64,000 bases of DNA from Epiperipatus broadwayi (lineage: Eukaryota > Animalia > Onychophora), in the NCBI GenBank assembly GCA_028023455.1, contig JAQFVV010000011.1:5208001-5272000 (forward strand), given 5' to 3'. A model generated the notes under the pieces. It saw only the letters and a list, made by a program, of their open reading frames with translations, ran no database searches and was not told where the DNA came from. Both the position numbers and the translations under genes were made by a program. Shown here piece by piece: positions 22,985-36,089 of this stretch. The number at the start of each line of letters is the position of its first letter. Position 1 is the stretch's first letter.

Positions 22985-25900
22985 GAGTAGGCACTAGATA
23001 GGGATTTTATGCACAAGCCTTCTGGCATCCATTGATTACTCTGGTTTGCACTGAGTGGCACTGCTGTGTGGAGAGTTTTGCCTGTTTTAATCACAAATCT
23101 AGTTCTTTAATTGAATTTTGGAAACTCCTGCCAGAATCAAAATATTTACACTTAAAGAAAACGATTTGCCATCTAATTTCAATTTTTGGCACAATATATT
23201 GCTATGAATCAGTTTGTGAAGTCGAAATGTCATTCACAGTTTATCAATCAGCATCTCATAGAATTGCTGCAAACAGCTTTAACAAATTATATGCCAAATT
23301 TCAAAGATTTGACAAAGGTCTTTGTTAAATATAATACTTTATATTAATGAATTATTATTATACTTTATTTTTATTATTAAAATTTAAAATAATTCTTTTG
23401 TATTTTATATCTTTTTTTTAATTATATTTTCTTATATATTTTATATAGCACTTAAAACTTGTGTAGAATATGTCATTATATTAATTAAGTTAAATAATAT
23501 GATGTGTCTCTTTACAGTATATGAAAAAATGGCATGCAGCTCTCATTGTTCATCATGCATGCCTATCCATGACATATGCAATGTTTCATTTTTTGTCCAA
23601 CTGTTAAAAAAAAATTAATAATTGCAAAATGCTATATCTAAAAAAAAAAACCCCAAATAATATTATTTATCACATTATAAGAAAGTGCAAAAACTTATAC
23701 AAAGATGAGTAAAAATGTTCTTTAGAAAAAAGATTAATACCAGTTACTCCATACATAAATCCAATATATATATATAATACTGCTTCAGTTCTCTTTGATC
23801 ATAAAATTTTAAATTTAACTTTAATTCAAATTATGCACGTTAAAAGAAAAGAAAAATTAAAAATGCAATTCTTAAAAATTTACTTAGGTCATCATCAGAT
23901 GACAGCTGAATCCATTATCAGAGTATTCGTAGCACCCCCCTCCCAACTCTTGTCACCTAATCACTGCTTTGACTGATCACTTTACAGCCTCCTGGGAATA
24001 AGAGCCTTACTTTTATTTTATTAATCATGATTGTTAATACCTATAAGGAAAAAAAACACAAAAATCGTATCCACATACATACAATTACTCTCTTTTCAAA
24101 AAACTTCAACCCAAATACCAGGTAATTGAATCATCCCATACACAGTTTTTTTACCATTACAATCTACTCGTAATAACAATAAGAATATATGGACTGGTTA
24201 GCACAAATGAACTTATCCTGCTCCCTAACTTTTAAAGTGCAAAAAAGAATCTATAATAAATAGACAATACATTAATAATAAAATAAATTATTCTTGGAAA
24301 ATCATTAACTTTTAGTTGAATGATTATGGCCTAAGTAATCAAAAGTGAGTAACTCATTAATAATATATATATATAAAGGTACATTGTCTAGATTCATCTG
24401 TTTATAATTTATAGTGATACCATACTGACATTTCATCTGGATCACATTCACCATCAAATGGGTAAGGAATATTATTTTAAAAAACCATTGTAGAAAGGAA
24501 TGCAAGCAATACTATATAGAACAAGATTAAAGAGTTATCCAATAATAAAAAAAAGGAAATTCCAGAAATATAAAAGAGATGGGTGGGGGGTTACAAGAGA
24601 TAAAATTGATATAAAATCAACAATATTCTTAAACCAATCAAAAGAAATTGTGTTTCTGATTGGTTTAAGTCAGAACTGAGCATGGTATAAATCACGGTTG
24701 GTTGCAAAGAAATTTTGGAATTAGGGCCTGAATTGATAGTATTGTTATTTTCAAAAAATTTATCAAAATGTATTTTAAATTAAATGATTAAAATTGTCAA
24801 TTCAAACTGCCTAGGTGGAATAATAATTTAAGTTCATTTCTGTAATTATTTTTTCTTTTACGTAATGTTTCAAAATATGTAAAAATCAAGTAACATAGTT
24901 TCTGATGGGTCTTGTGAACACAGCAAAAAAAAAAAACCTCAGTTAAAAGAATGCAATAAACTGTTAATTTCCTTCTGATAGGTCCATAATTATTACTGCC
25001 AATTTAAGTTTTTTATCACCTTTTTAAAAGAGGAGTTTAATGTTCATAACAAACTCAAAGGAAAAGTGATTTTACAAAGTACATTGAAGTCTTATACAGA
25101 TTGGGCATTCAAAGATGAATTATGCATACAAAAGTTAAAGCAATTTAAATCACAACTAATCTTCCAACAACTATATTTATTAAACCCTTAATTAAATCTT
25201 AAACATTGTGTGGAGAGTTTTGCTCTAAATCTTAAACAATGACAGTGAGATTATATCATATTAATCATGTGATAACTAGTTATAAACAACATTTCATAAA
25301 TAAATGATAAAAGAAGCATTTCTGGGAACTAATGATTCAATATATGATTTAGTTAAGAATAAAAATAAAATTATTTTTGCAATTAAAGATGTTTAACATT
25401 TAGTCCTGCATTTTTCAGAAATTATGAATTGTGCTATCAATAACTATTTATTTTTCCTAGCATTAAAATTGAGGTGCCGATATAGTACGCGCTTGGCGGC
25501 CATTTTGAATTTTAAAACATCAAAAACAAGGTGAAGATGTTTGCTGTGCTTTATATAAAATCAAATTTATAAAGTTGTATAAATAAATAATCCACTGACT
25601 TTATTGCTCAGCAGTTCATAAGAAGTTTGAGCTCTGGAAGCAACAGAGCTGGACATTATCCATGGACATTATACTCCAGAGTCTGTTCCCTAGCACTGAA
25701 GCAATCAGACAGAGGCACGATCAACAACTGGAAAAATCCATGAATTTTTAACCATGTGTACCAGAGATGTTTTCTTTCATATCTGCATTATTCCTCAACA
25801 GACATTCTCTTGTAAAATCCTAAATAAGTACTATAGTATGGGACTACATGAAACAGTGAATCCCATTGAGGAAAAAAAGAAGAAGAAGGTTTGTCTCAAT

Positions 25901-26271
25901 TGGAAGAAAACAAATTTGAATATGTGGAATTGTTATAACATGCAGATGTTGTATAAATCAAGCTACACTTTTACACAGATTCAGAGATTTGCTTTAAGAA
26001 ATAAAACTCAGGAGATGAAGCATATGTTCTACTTAATTTATGCTGTAATGTAATTATGCATGCATTTTCATTTAAATATTTCCATTTGTTAGACAATTGG
26101 ATACTGTTTTCTCTTTTGTTTATTACATTTCTAAGATTGTCAATAAACCATGCCTGATTTTTCTTTTACTGTCATCATATTCCATATACACTAGATCATA
26201 TGTCTATAATCAATTCATAATTATATTATGGTATAAGTAAAACAACTATATTAATCAATTTAAGAGAGAGC

Positions 26272-26485
26272 TATGATTATGGTGCACTTCACCAAAAGTG
26301 CACTCAGCTTTAGATTGTAAAGAAAAAAGAAACTACATCATTATGCAGTATGTTTATGGTGAACTGCATTAGATTTTAAAGAAAAAAGAAACCACTTCAT
26401 TATGCAGTATGATTATGGTGAACTTCACCAAAAGTGCACTGTTTTAGGTTATAAAGAAAAAAGACACCACTTCATTATGAAGATG
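26272..26485. repeat. Imperfect tandem repeat, ~3 units of 60-80 bp
   Basis: Recurring TATGATTATGGTG(C/A)ACT...AAAGAAAAAAGA(A/C)ACCACTTCATTATG. Confidence 0.8.
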
Positions 26486-27272
26486 AACAAATATGCAAAT
26501 TTGAATATTCTGATCTTCTATAAAAATATTTTTAAATGCAATCTTTTCTCCATACATTGTTTTGTCTCAATAAAAAAATTACTGGTGAATTGCTGCTTTT
26601 TTCTGCAATTATCTTCTTATTCACCTCAATCAACTCTGACTCATCTTCAGATGTGTTAATATTTTAAAACAATTTGTAAATTCTGGTGTAAATTCACTAG
26701 ACTATTTCTGGAAATTAGGGACATTAATGTGTTAATCCAACTTTGCTGTGATTTCTCATGGATGCTCCCATGTCAATTTGAATTTTTCTCAGAAAAAAAA
26801 TTTGTAATATATAGCCTTTTTTTTAAAAAAATTCCATAAGTTGTTTTCACAACCAAATTTTCTTAAAGCACTTTCAATTTTCAATCATTTTCCCAATTCT
26901 AGCATTAAAAACTCCTATGACAATTGTATTTACTATAATCAAAAATTATTTTGTAAAACTATATGAAAACCATTTATGTTAATTTTAATAATAATCAGTA
27001 TTATGTTTATTACTAGACAGGTGGAACACTTGCCTCCTACTTAGGTACTTCCATATTTTTTTAAAAAAATAATAAAATAACTAATATAACAAATTTTCAA
27101 ACATAATTTTAAAACTATATTACTCTTAAAGGAAATTTGCAATGCAAATTGAATCGGCAGAAATGAGGAATACTGTAAAAATTTAGTTTTATAAAAAATA
27201 AGAAATTGAAATGGTTACATTTTTATAATTACCCAATACTTTCTTTATTCAGCTGCATATAAATTTCATATT

Positions 27273-27541
27273 CACCATATAATACCAAATTATTCAAGTG
27301 CTTTACTACTGTTACACAATGCTTTATTTACCACCCTTTCTTACAGTTTACAGTTTCGATTGCCCCAGTAATCTTAGTTGAGGTTAGGAAATATAAAGTT
27401 CTGAAGTTTGCTAGGGCAATTGAAACTGTAAACAATAAGAAAGGGTGGTAAATAAAGCATTGTGTAATAGTAGTAAAGTGCTTTGACAATTTAGTATTAT
27501 GTGGTATACATTTGGCAATGCAATAAGAAAGAGTAGTTATT
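27273..27541. mobile_element. Head-to-head PLE-pLTR-like insertion with a degenerate minimal hammerhead
   Basis: Arms ~27274-27368 and ~27411-27505. 12-bp TSD AAATTTCATATT at 27261-27272 and 27542-27553. gtt-CTGAAG-tttgc-tagg-gcaatt-GAAAC-t-GTA-aac at 27398-27433, AATAAA at 27451. Confidence 0.75.
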
Positions 27542-27789
27542 AAATTTCATATTTATTAGTTCTAAATTTTTACTTTAAAGCTGTTTGACACTGTGCTAAA
27601 TTTATTATCAAATTTTATAAATGATAAAGATAAAATATGCATTTTCTGTTTTTATATATATATAACTGAAATTATTTTTATTTCTTTCTCAAGTTATAAT
27701 TAATATAAAAAATAATCTAGAAACTTCTATGATCAGAAAAGATACTTTAATATGAGCTTCTTTAAATTATGATATAATTAATAAAGAAA

Positions 27790-27915
27790 AATACATATGA
27801 CTTTATTGATTGAGAGTTCATATGAAGTTTGAGTACTAGATCTGTGAGTACCAGAATTGATCCTGAGACCTACCAATCCCAAATTAGATGCTCTACCAAC
27901 TGCACCAAACTGTGC
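27790..27915 (-). mobile_element. tRNA-derived SINE
   Basis: Minus strand TGGTGCAGTTGGTAGAGCATC...CAGGATCAATTCTGG; same family as 12412-12490. Confidence 0.6.
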
Positions 27916-28061
27916 AGGATATATAATTAATGATTTTTTTTGATGCCCACAAATTCTAGTAGCACACTGTATATAAATATAAACCTACACATCTATTAGC
28001 TCTATACATATTAGATTTTATATACAGAGCTTGCAAAATATGCTCTTAACAAGCTTTGAGA

Positions 28062-28120
28062 ATATCCTCAACCCCAGACCGGTTTCTGCTTCTGGAGTCA
28101 TCAGTGAGGTGCCAGGATAT
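28062..28120 (-). ncRNA. Type I hammerhead ribozyme motif of a second family
   Basis: atatcct-ggca-cctca-CTGATGA-ctccagaagca-GAAAC-cg-GTC-tgggg-ttg-aggatat. Stem III palindrome ACCGGT; stem II appears 2 nt short. Confidence 0.8.
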
Positions 28121-30889
28121 TTAATCATTAGATTAAAGATACTAGGTCAAGCCCGGCACTTTATGTAATGTATAACTATTGAGTAGAAAATCTGAAACTG
28201 TCAGACATCCATATGCCTTCCAATCCAGCTACCTAACTCAAATAGCCATATATTAATAACTTTAGCAATATAAAATTGCCAAAGCCTTAATAGCAAAAAA
28301 TAAAATAATAAAAAATCAAGTCAGATATCACATGACTTAATTTATTAAAGAGCTCGTATTTACAAATGTATAACATTTGTAAATACGAGCTTTATTAAAA
28401 TTATATATATATAGTGACCCTGTATGGTCTTTATTGAGTACTTTACCTTAAGAATTTATGCTATGCTATTCTAAAAAATAAAGAAAGAGAAAGAAGAGAA
28501 TAACATTTCTTGTGTAAATTATGTTATCTAACTCTTAGGCATTAAAATTTTTACTTTATTTAATTCATTATGAGTATATAACAGATAATATTTAATAAAT
28601 TAAAAGCTGTTACAGAGATATAATTCTAGTATTAAAAGATGTATGCTTTGGGTTAAAAGTTAATGCTTAATTTATCTATGCTTTAAAAAGAAAGCCAGGC
28701 AGAGTTAATTTTATAATTGAAGTTTAAAAAGAGTAACAGATAGTTTATGAATATTAAAATACAATTATTTAATTGTCTTTATAGTAATTAATCATCTGAT
28801 CAAGTTCTTTTATTTGGTAAATTAAAAAAAATGTATCTCTAATTAAAGTTAGTTGATTCGTTTAAATAATATTAAATTGTTTAAAGAAATATAAGTTAAT
28901 TATTAGGATAGATTTAATTTAGAAAAATGTAATTTCCTGTAAACATGTGTGTGCGAGAATACATGTGTACATGCATATTTTTGATTTCTTGGCTTTAATT
29001 GCCAAGATATTTAATTTTACACATCAAACAGTTAAAAATAAATATATAATTAAACTCAGTAATAAAAGGGTTAAATATTTAAATAAGAATTTCTGATAAA
29101 CTTAAATAAAAGAAAAGGTGATATTTTGTTTTAAAAAAAAATATTATTTATTATCTTAATTTATTTTATTAAATGTATTAATTAATAAAATTCAGTTAAC
29201 CTTTCCTTCAACTTTGGTAATTAAGATCACAGGAATTTAAAAAAAAAGTAGAAGTTACATAATTTTTACTAATTAATTCTGCATCTCATTGCCTTTTTTA
29301 ATAATAGAGATCATTATTTTTTATGGGTGCAGATGTTAATTAATGATATCTGTCAATAAATATATAAAAGATGGGGATTGTCAGTGTAAAGGGGCTTTTT
29401 TGCTTTCTTCTTCTGAATGACCACTGCTGCTGTTGATATCTTTAGGTGCACTGCAATATTCTCATCTTTAAATAACTAATAATTTTCTTTATTTTTTTAT
29501 TATCTAAGTCTTAATTTATTAAAATTTTATATTTTGTTGACTTAATATGCAGTTCTAGACAACTTTTATAAGGTATTTTGTTTTTATTGCCAGAATTCAA
29601 TGTGAACTCTATAAATTATTAATGTCATACTTGGAAAGAACAATTAGTTTATAATGACTCACTTTCATCAATTATATTTTAAAAGAAACTATGAAAGAAA
29701 CCGGATATATTCTTTTATATTAATTTATAAAACCATGCTGAACATTGCACTATTTTACTTCTCGCTATTGTGTTTCACCTTTAGGAGAAAAAACTAAAGT
29801 TTAAAATTTTTTTTTAAAAATTTGATTTGAAGATAAACAGCTATATTAATTATTATTACCAGTTATTAATGTTAAAAATGCTAAATTTACATTAACTTCA
29901 ATGAATATTTTGAAAGACTTACTCAAAAAAAAATTACAAGTAACAAATAACCTGTCATCTTTGATACAGGAGAACTTTTAAATACTGGTTGCTTTCTCTG
30001 TATTTTGCTAAGAAAGAGAAAATACTTAGGAGAAAATTGAACTAAAGAAATTTAAAAAACCTTATAGAGGAAATATAGTTTGCAGATATATCAACAATGG
30101 GTATTTAATAAATGCATTGTGAACTGTCAAACTTAATTGTAATTTTAAAAAAAATACTGAAAATGATATTTCTAAGTGAATTTTTAAAAAAAAAATTAAG
30201 AATTGCTTTTTAAACGTGTGTTTTAAAAGAGAAGGAAAAAAAAGAAATTCTTTATTTCCAACGGAACTGTGGACACAAAATTCGATGGACCTTTTATTAT
30301 TGTTGTGCTATAAAATAAAAATTTTCAAACAAGCTAGTTTATATTTCACCAATTCCTTTAAAATGGATCCAAACTTTTGTTTATTTAGAATAGCACTTTT
30401 GTTAATGTTTTTTATTTATCGCTTATTTTTGGAAAGCCACATTTGCTTTTATATTCTATGAAAGAAAATATATTTAATTAGTATGGATGCCTCATTCTAT
30501 AAATAATTCACCAAGGAAGGACATCACGCCCTCAACAAACTGCTCACTACAGAAGGAGTTCTACTAAAGAACTAAGGTATTTTATAAAAAAAGGAAAAAT
30601 ATACAATATTTTTTAAAATAATATTTTATATATCAAGGTATTCTTATTATTATATTATTCTTTAATGGGTTTCCAATTGAATGTTAGGTATTCCTACAAC
30701 ACATATGGTAAAATTCATATAGTTTATATTCGTTGGTTTAAGGTAAATTTTATAATGCCATTTATTCAAGTAGAGATATTTATCTCTTACATGTTTTTTT
30801 TATATAATAGCATTCATGAATAGATAAACAACCAATGTATGTTTATCATAAGTTCACAATAATAATAATTTATGGTTTAATTTTAATAT

Positions 30890-31100
30890 ATCTAAGCATT
30901 TATTCATCATATATTTATTAATATTTACTTTGCTATTATGTCCACTTTATCTTTATAAATTTTTATTCTGTTCATTGTATGTGTGTATTCCTTATTTAAT
31001 GCAGAATTTTTATTGTGCTATTTTAAATATTTTACAGTTGTTTGACTGACAGTAAACTTGTTGGTTTTAGACATTGCTTAATGTGTGTAATTTTTAGCAT
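30890..31100 (-). mobile_element. Possible very old Penelope-like GIY-YIG remnant
   Basis: Minus-strand peptide KNSALNKEYTHTMNRIKIYKDKVDIIAK resembles the PLE endonuclease C-terminal pattern. Many stops nearby. Confidence 0.35.
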
Positions 31101-33487
31101 GAATATTAAACTATCTAGTTTATAAGTGATAATTTTGTTATCTTGCCATTGTTTAGTCTAGGATTTATGTCTGCGAGCACTAGATTTTATTAAATGTTGC
31201 TTTACTTATTGTGCTTTGTGGAATGGAATGCACTCTCCCCATTGTTCACATTTTGTATTCCATGAGAGAATAGTATTTATATTCTAAGATTATTTTCATA
31301 TGTTGCTAAGGTAGTTACCATGAGAGGATTGTTTTATGGTGTGTATTCCGTTTTTCCTCATGTTGATACTTTGTCCACACATGTATTTTTGCCTAAGATA
31401 TAGGTGTTGGAATCCACCATAGTTTTATTCATGGAGTTTTGCCCTGAGGAGCCTGTCTTTATTAATTTATCCCCCATGATGTTATTAAATATTTTTCACC
31501 ATGGAAGGTGAAGCAATTTATATTTTTTAAGAGTGATATAGCAATGATAGGATAGATGTTGAAGTACTTAGTTCTTCAAGGTGCACTTTGTTATTTGTAG
31601 TGCTTTTGTTAAGTGAAACAGTATCTGTATTGTGCTGCTGTGCCTTACTAACAGTTCACAACTAAACCAACAATATATTAGTAATTTTAAATGCTTATTT
31701 TTAGTGCATAGCATAATAGTAATTACACATACACAATTTTGTTTTCATCACCATTTGGAAGTAATTTGCCGATGGATTAATAAGACACTTTAAGGTTAAA
31801 TATTTCATTATTATGTGGACATATATCAAATATATGTGTGTACATGACTTCTGATGAATGTTCCATACATGTTACTTTATTCAAAAAATAAAATAATGCT
31901 AGACAATAGTTATCTTATTTGTCTTTATATGATAATCATCATTATCATACAAGTTTTGCTAGTTCAAACCCAGTCATAGAATAGTTCTGATTAAAGTTAT
32001 TTTAATCTGTAATGTGTTAATAGTGCTAATAAAGGTATTATGAGTTATTATCTGACAATAGGATATATTTCATAAACTATAATGCTTAGCTTCTAGTTTA
32101 AGCTATATATTATTAAACGTTTGTTTAATGGAATGATTTAGTTAGAATAGATTAAAAATAAATTAGCTAAATATTGAAACTATTTAGCTTAAATAAATAT
32201 ATTCTTAATAATTCATCCAAATGTTTTAAAACTCTAATAGATAGTTTGTTAGTGAAGCAATTCTGTATTATCCATTATGACATCCTACTAAAAAATTTAA
32301 CAGCGCCTACCTTTGGCAAATAACTTTCACAATATTCTAAATACATTTTTCTTTATTTGTATCTAGTATGTTAATAAATGTATTTGGTATTTAAATTTAG
32401 CTTTTGTTTTTCTATATGTGATTCCTTGTATCCTGAATTCTTGATTATAACAGAAATCTTGGTAAATCAGATGATCAATTCTTATGCAGATCCAAAATCT
32501 CAATGTCGGAAATGAAAATATTCCATAAATATTTCAATTCCAAAGCTGGGATTGTAATTAAAAGAAATTAATATTTATTTAATCTTGCTTGGGATTACTT
32601 AATCCATTTTTCAGACTGCACATTATTTTATTTATGTTATTAAGAAAAAGTACAATAATTAAACTTAATTATTTTGACTGTGTTGTTGATGGGGTAGTAG
32701 AAAGATATAAAAGGTACCCTTTCTTTCTATTTTTTCGAGTGACATCCTGGATAAAAGACTATGATTTTCCTAAATTTTATATATTTTTGTTTTGTGTGTT
32801 AAGCAGATTAAACACTTCTTTGTGTAATAATGATTATTATTATAATATATTAGGATACATTAGCTTATAAAAGAAATGTATGTTTCCTATGATCTACCAG
32901 GATGCCAGTCAATTATTTAGCAATGCAATACAACAGAAAATTTCCAAAGTTCACAAGAAGAACCCTGAGATTATTATTTATTTCATTAATTATTAATCCA
33001 TTCATCTGTATCATAATTATGGTAGTGGCAAAAGAAATTCATTATTGTTTATTGTGCCATTAGAAAGGTACCTTCCATTTCACTCTACAAGAGTAGAGTA
33101 GATCAGATCATGTCAATAAATAATAATTTGGTGATAAATATTTGCTATATAAGATATTAAAGAAAATACATAAAGACTCTATTAGATGCTACTTTAAGTG
33201 TAAACTATTTATTGCTCAGAGAATGAAGGTTTTAAAAGTGTTGCATAGGAATGAATGAAGTTTTTTCTCTTCCTAATTTTTTTATTTACTTTATAGTTAG
33301 GCATTTTATTATTGTTTTAAAATTTCCTTTTATTTTAATGTATGTCTCTGTAGTAAAACAGTAAAAAATAACTAACCAACCATTGAGCTTAGATAAATGT
33401 ATTATTAGTTTTCATGATATTAGGAATCTCTCGTACATTCATAACCATGTATATCATTTAGCTTCATATTAAAAATTATTTATTCCA

Positions 33488-34623
33488 CAGAACATTGGAT
33501 TTCCACCAACCAAGAGAACAAGCTGGATTTAAAAGTGGTTTTAGTACAGTAGATCATATCCAGGTATTGAGAGAAGTTATAGAAAGGACAAATGAATATG
33601 AGTTGCCATTATGTTTTGCATTTGTAGATTATGAAAAGACATTTGATTATATAAACATTTCTTCAGTGATTAAAGCATTGGACCATCAAGGTATAGATCC
33701 AGGATATTGTCATATTTTAAAGAATATGTATAAAAATGCAACAGCAACAATTAGATTACATAATGATACTGGGAAAGTCAACATTGAGAAAGGTGTAAGA
33801 CAAAGTGACTCCATATCTCCAAAACTTTTTACAGCAGTGCTGCAAGAAGTATTTTGTGGATTAAAATGGGAAACTAAAAGAGTGAAAATGAATGGAGATT
33901 ATTTAAGTCATTTAGATTTTGCAGATGATGTAGTTGTTTTTGCAAATAATGCTTCAGAGCTGCAGGAAATGTTGCAGGAGTTATCAGATGAAAGTAGGAC
34001 TAAAAATAAATGTTAAAAAAACTAAAGTGATGTTTAGTTGATTTGCTCAAAATATGAAAATAAAGATTGATTATGATGAATTAGAAGTTAAGACTTACAA
34101 ATACCTTGGTCAGATTATTAATACAGATGGAAACATAATGGATGAAATTAATCATAGAATTAAACTTGGTTGGAGTGCTTTTGGTAGAAATAACTTGATA
34201 CTAAAAGGAAATATGCCTATGTGTTTGAAAAGGAAGGTTTTTAACAAATGTGTTTTGACAGTTCTTACTTATGGATCTGAGACTTGGACACTTAATAGAA
34301 GAGCAATACTGAGACTTCAGACCACTCAAAAAAGTATGGAGATGCATGCTGGGAGTAACAAGAAGAGATTGAAAACGCAATGTATGGGTAAGAGAACAAA
34401 CAAGTGTTATTGACCTCATTGAAAAAATTAAAAGATTGGAGTTGGGCTGGACATATTTCTAGAAGAAATGATAATAAGACCCAGAAAGAGACCACATGTG
34501 AGATGGATGGATGAGAAAATGTGCAGGGGTGATGTGGAGAAGAGAAGCTAAAGATTGGAGAAGATGAATTGAACTTGGAGAGACCTTCATCCTGCAGTGA
34601 ATTGATAATGGTTGATGATGATT
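33488..34623 (+). mobile_element. 5'-truncated RTE-clade LINE with RT domain, few disablements
   Basis: ORF 33495-34016 QPREQAGFKSGFSTVDHI...FVDYEKTFD...KGVRQSDSISPKLF...HLDFADDVV, then ORF 34054-34413 YKYLGQ...LTYGSETWTL. GAT-type tail. Confidence 0.96.
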
Positions 34624-36089
34624 CCACAGGTTAGAAATGCTGTCCATCCTCTCTTTATCGGTTAGAATATATATATACTATCCCAAACTACACGAGATCT
34701 TAACATGACACGATTATCGTGATACTCTCGTTTTAGTCAGTGATGTCATATTTACTTCTCCAAATTTGGAGAAAGTGAAGTAAGGCAGGAAACTCAAACT
34801 TGCATGAAATAGTGCATAAAGTCTAATTTTTTCCAACCTAGTATGCCATCAACTATAATGGAAATTTTTGTCAGCAAAGATGACTTTTGGAAGAAAACTG
34901 ACAAATAAACTATCAATATTTATGTTGTAAGTGAATTAAAAGGCATCTGAAGTAAAACATTTAAATTATGCAGAAGATGAAAAGATCTGTATTATGGACA
35001 GTTTAAAATAGTATTGTATAAAATTGAATTTGTAAACTTTTATCAAACAGATAATGGAAGTTAAGGTGGAAAATATCATATTGTGCTACCTTATAATCAT
35101 ATTTACCCATAACATATGATAAATGGTCATATTGGGGATGCACAGTTATTAAAAAAATTAATACTAAACATTAATGCACCCGACTCAGAAACTAGAGAAA
35201 GCAAACAAACGGCATGGATGAGGAGAAAATTAATAGTGGGGAAGCTATTTCTCCAGGCATGAAGATCTAAAAAATTAGAAAAGCACAACTTATCTAAGTA
35301 ATTATGTTACTTCAGAAAACGAAAGTTTCTAAATGGGAAGGGGGTGGGGGATTGTGCCAAATATGCATATTGTTGAATATATATGCAGTCAATTGGTAAA
35401 TTAAATGTATATTACATATTTGTATATAAGTTGTTTCTATCAAATAAAAAAATGTGATTAATCGGTAAAAGAAATTCGAAAAATGATTAGAAGTCGATTA
35501 TAGTTAAAATTAATCAAAAACTGCGACTAGAAAGCACAAATTAAGTTCTTAAAACAATTCGAGAACTGAAAAAAAGACAAAAGTTACAATGTAATAAAAG
35601 GTCAGTTAAGAGTTGCAGTGGGACAGTACCTGGAGAGAGTTCTTGTTATGTCACTAATAGATTATCAGTGAAGAAAAAGTTAGTCAGACAGAGGACATTA
35701 CATCTCAGTGAAGATCTTTTATTATTTTTTATAAACCCTGAGGCATGTTGCAACGACATTTTAACATGTGTGTATATATAACTAATACTATGTGCTAATA
35801 AATTGTTATATATATTACCTGAATTTGAATTATGCCTAGAGAAGATTTATAAATTTTCATTTATTGTAAGTAGATGAAGAATAACAGGACACAGTAATTT
35901 CAATTCCTGAAATACAGTATAAACTTTAATAAGCATCATTGTATTATTTATACGTTCCATTATTAAATTACTATTAACAACAAAAACGTCCTATGTCAAT
36001 AACATTAACCTAAATAAATTAATTTGCCTTTTTTCATAAAAAAATATTTTTTCTGTACTGTAGAAAAGTTACCTCTTTTTAATTACAGT

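Larger units (their letters stand above)
22547..23094. mobile_element. Hammerhead-bearing repeat, head-to-head insertion inside the hAT pseudogene
   Basis: Minus arm ~22547-22745 and plus arm ~22755-23090. 7-bp TSD AAATCTA at 22540-22546 and 23095-23101. Removing the insert and one TSD restores the hAT frame HYKSSSLIEFWK. Confidence 0.92.
21026..23330 (+). pseudogene. hAT-superfamily (SPIN/GTF2IRD2-like) transposase pseudogene, frameshifted and interrupted
   Basis: Motifs KFAFIANNGKPLCLI, KCPYEGEFIK, SLEDESTDIQDVTQLAI, KEEMLDLLAL, TDGVRAMIGK, LHCIIYHEHL, FLTDIMEHLQTFNFALQGK, LISIFGTIYCYES. Confidence 0.92.

Noticed and set aside
23880-23905. Minus-strand CTGATGATGACC hammerhead-like start
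   Set aside because: No second stem II strand or GAAA box.
24628-24669. 13-bp inverted repeat
   Set aside because: Short, no TSD and no family link.
24982-25203. 73-codon open frame after a possible plus-strand acceptor
   Set aside because: No recognisable protein or partner exon; several such frames are expected by chance.
31851-31880. CTGATGA-ATGT-tccat-ACAT-GTTAC
   Set aside because: The GAAA box is broken and there is no stem I.
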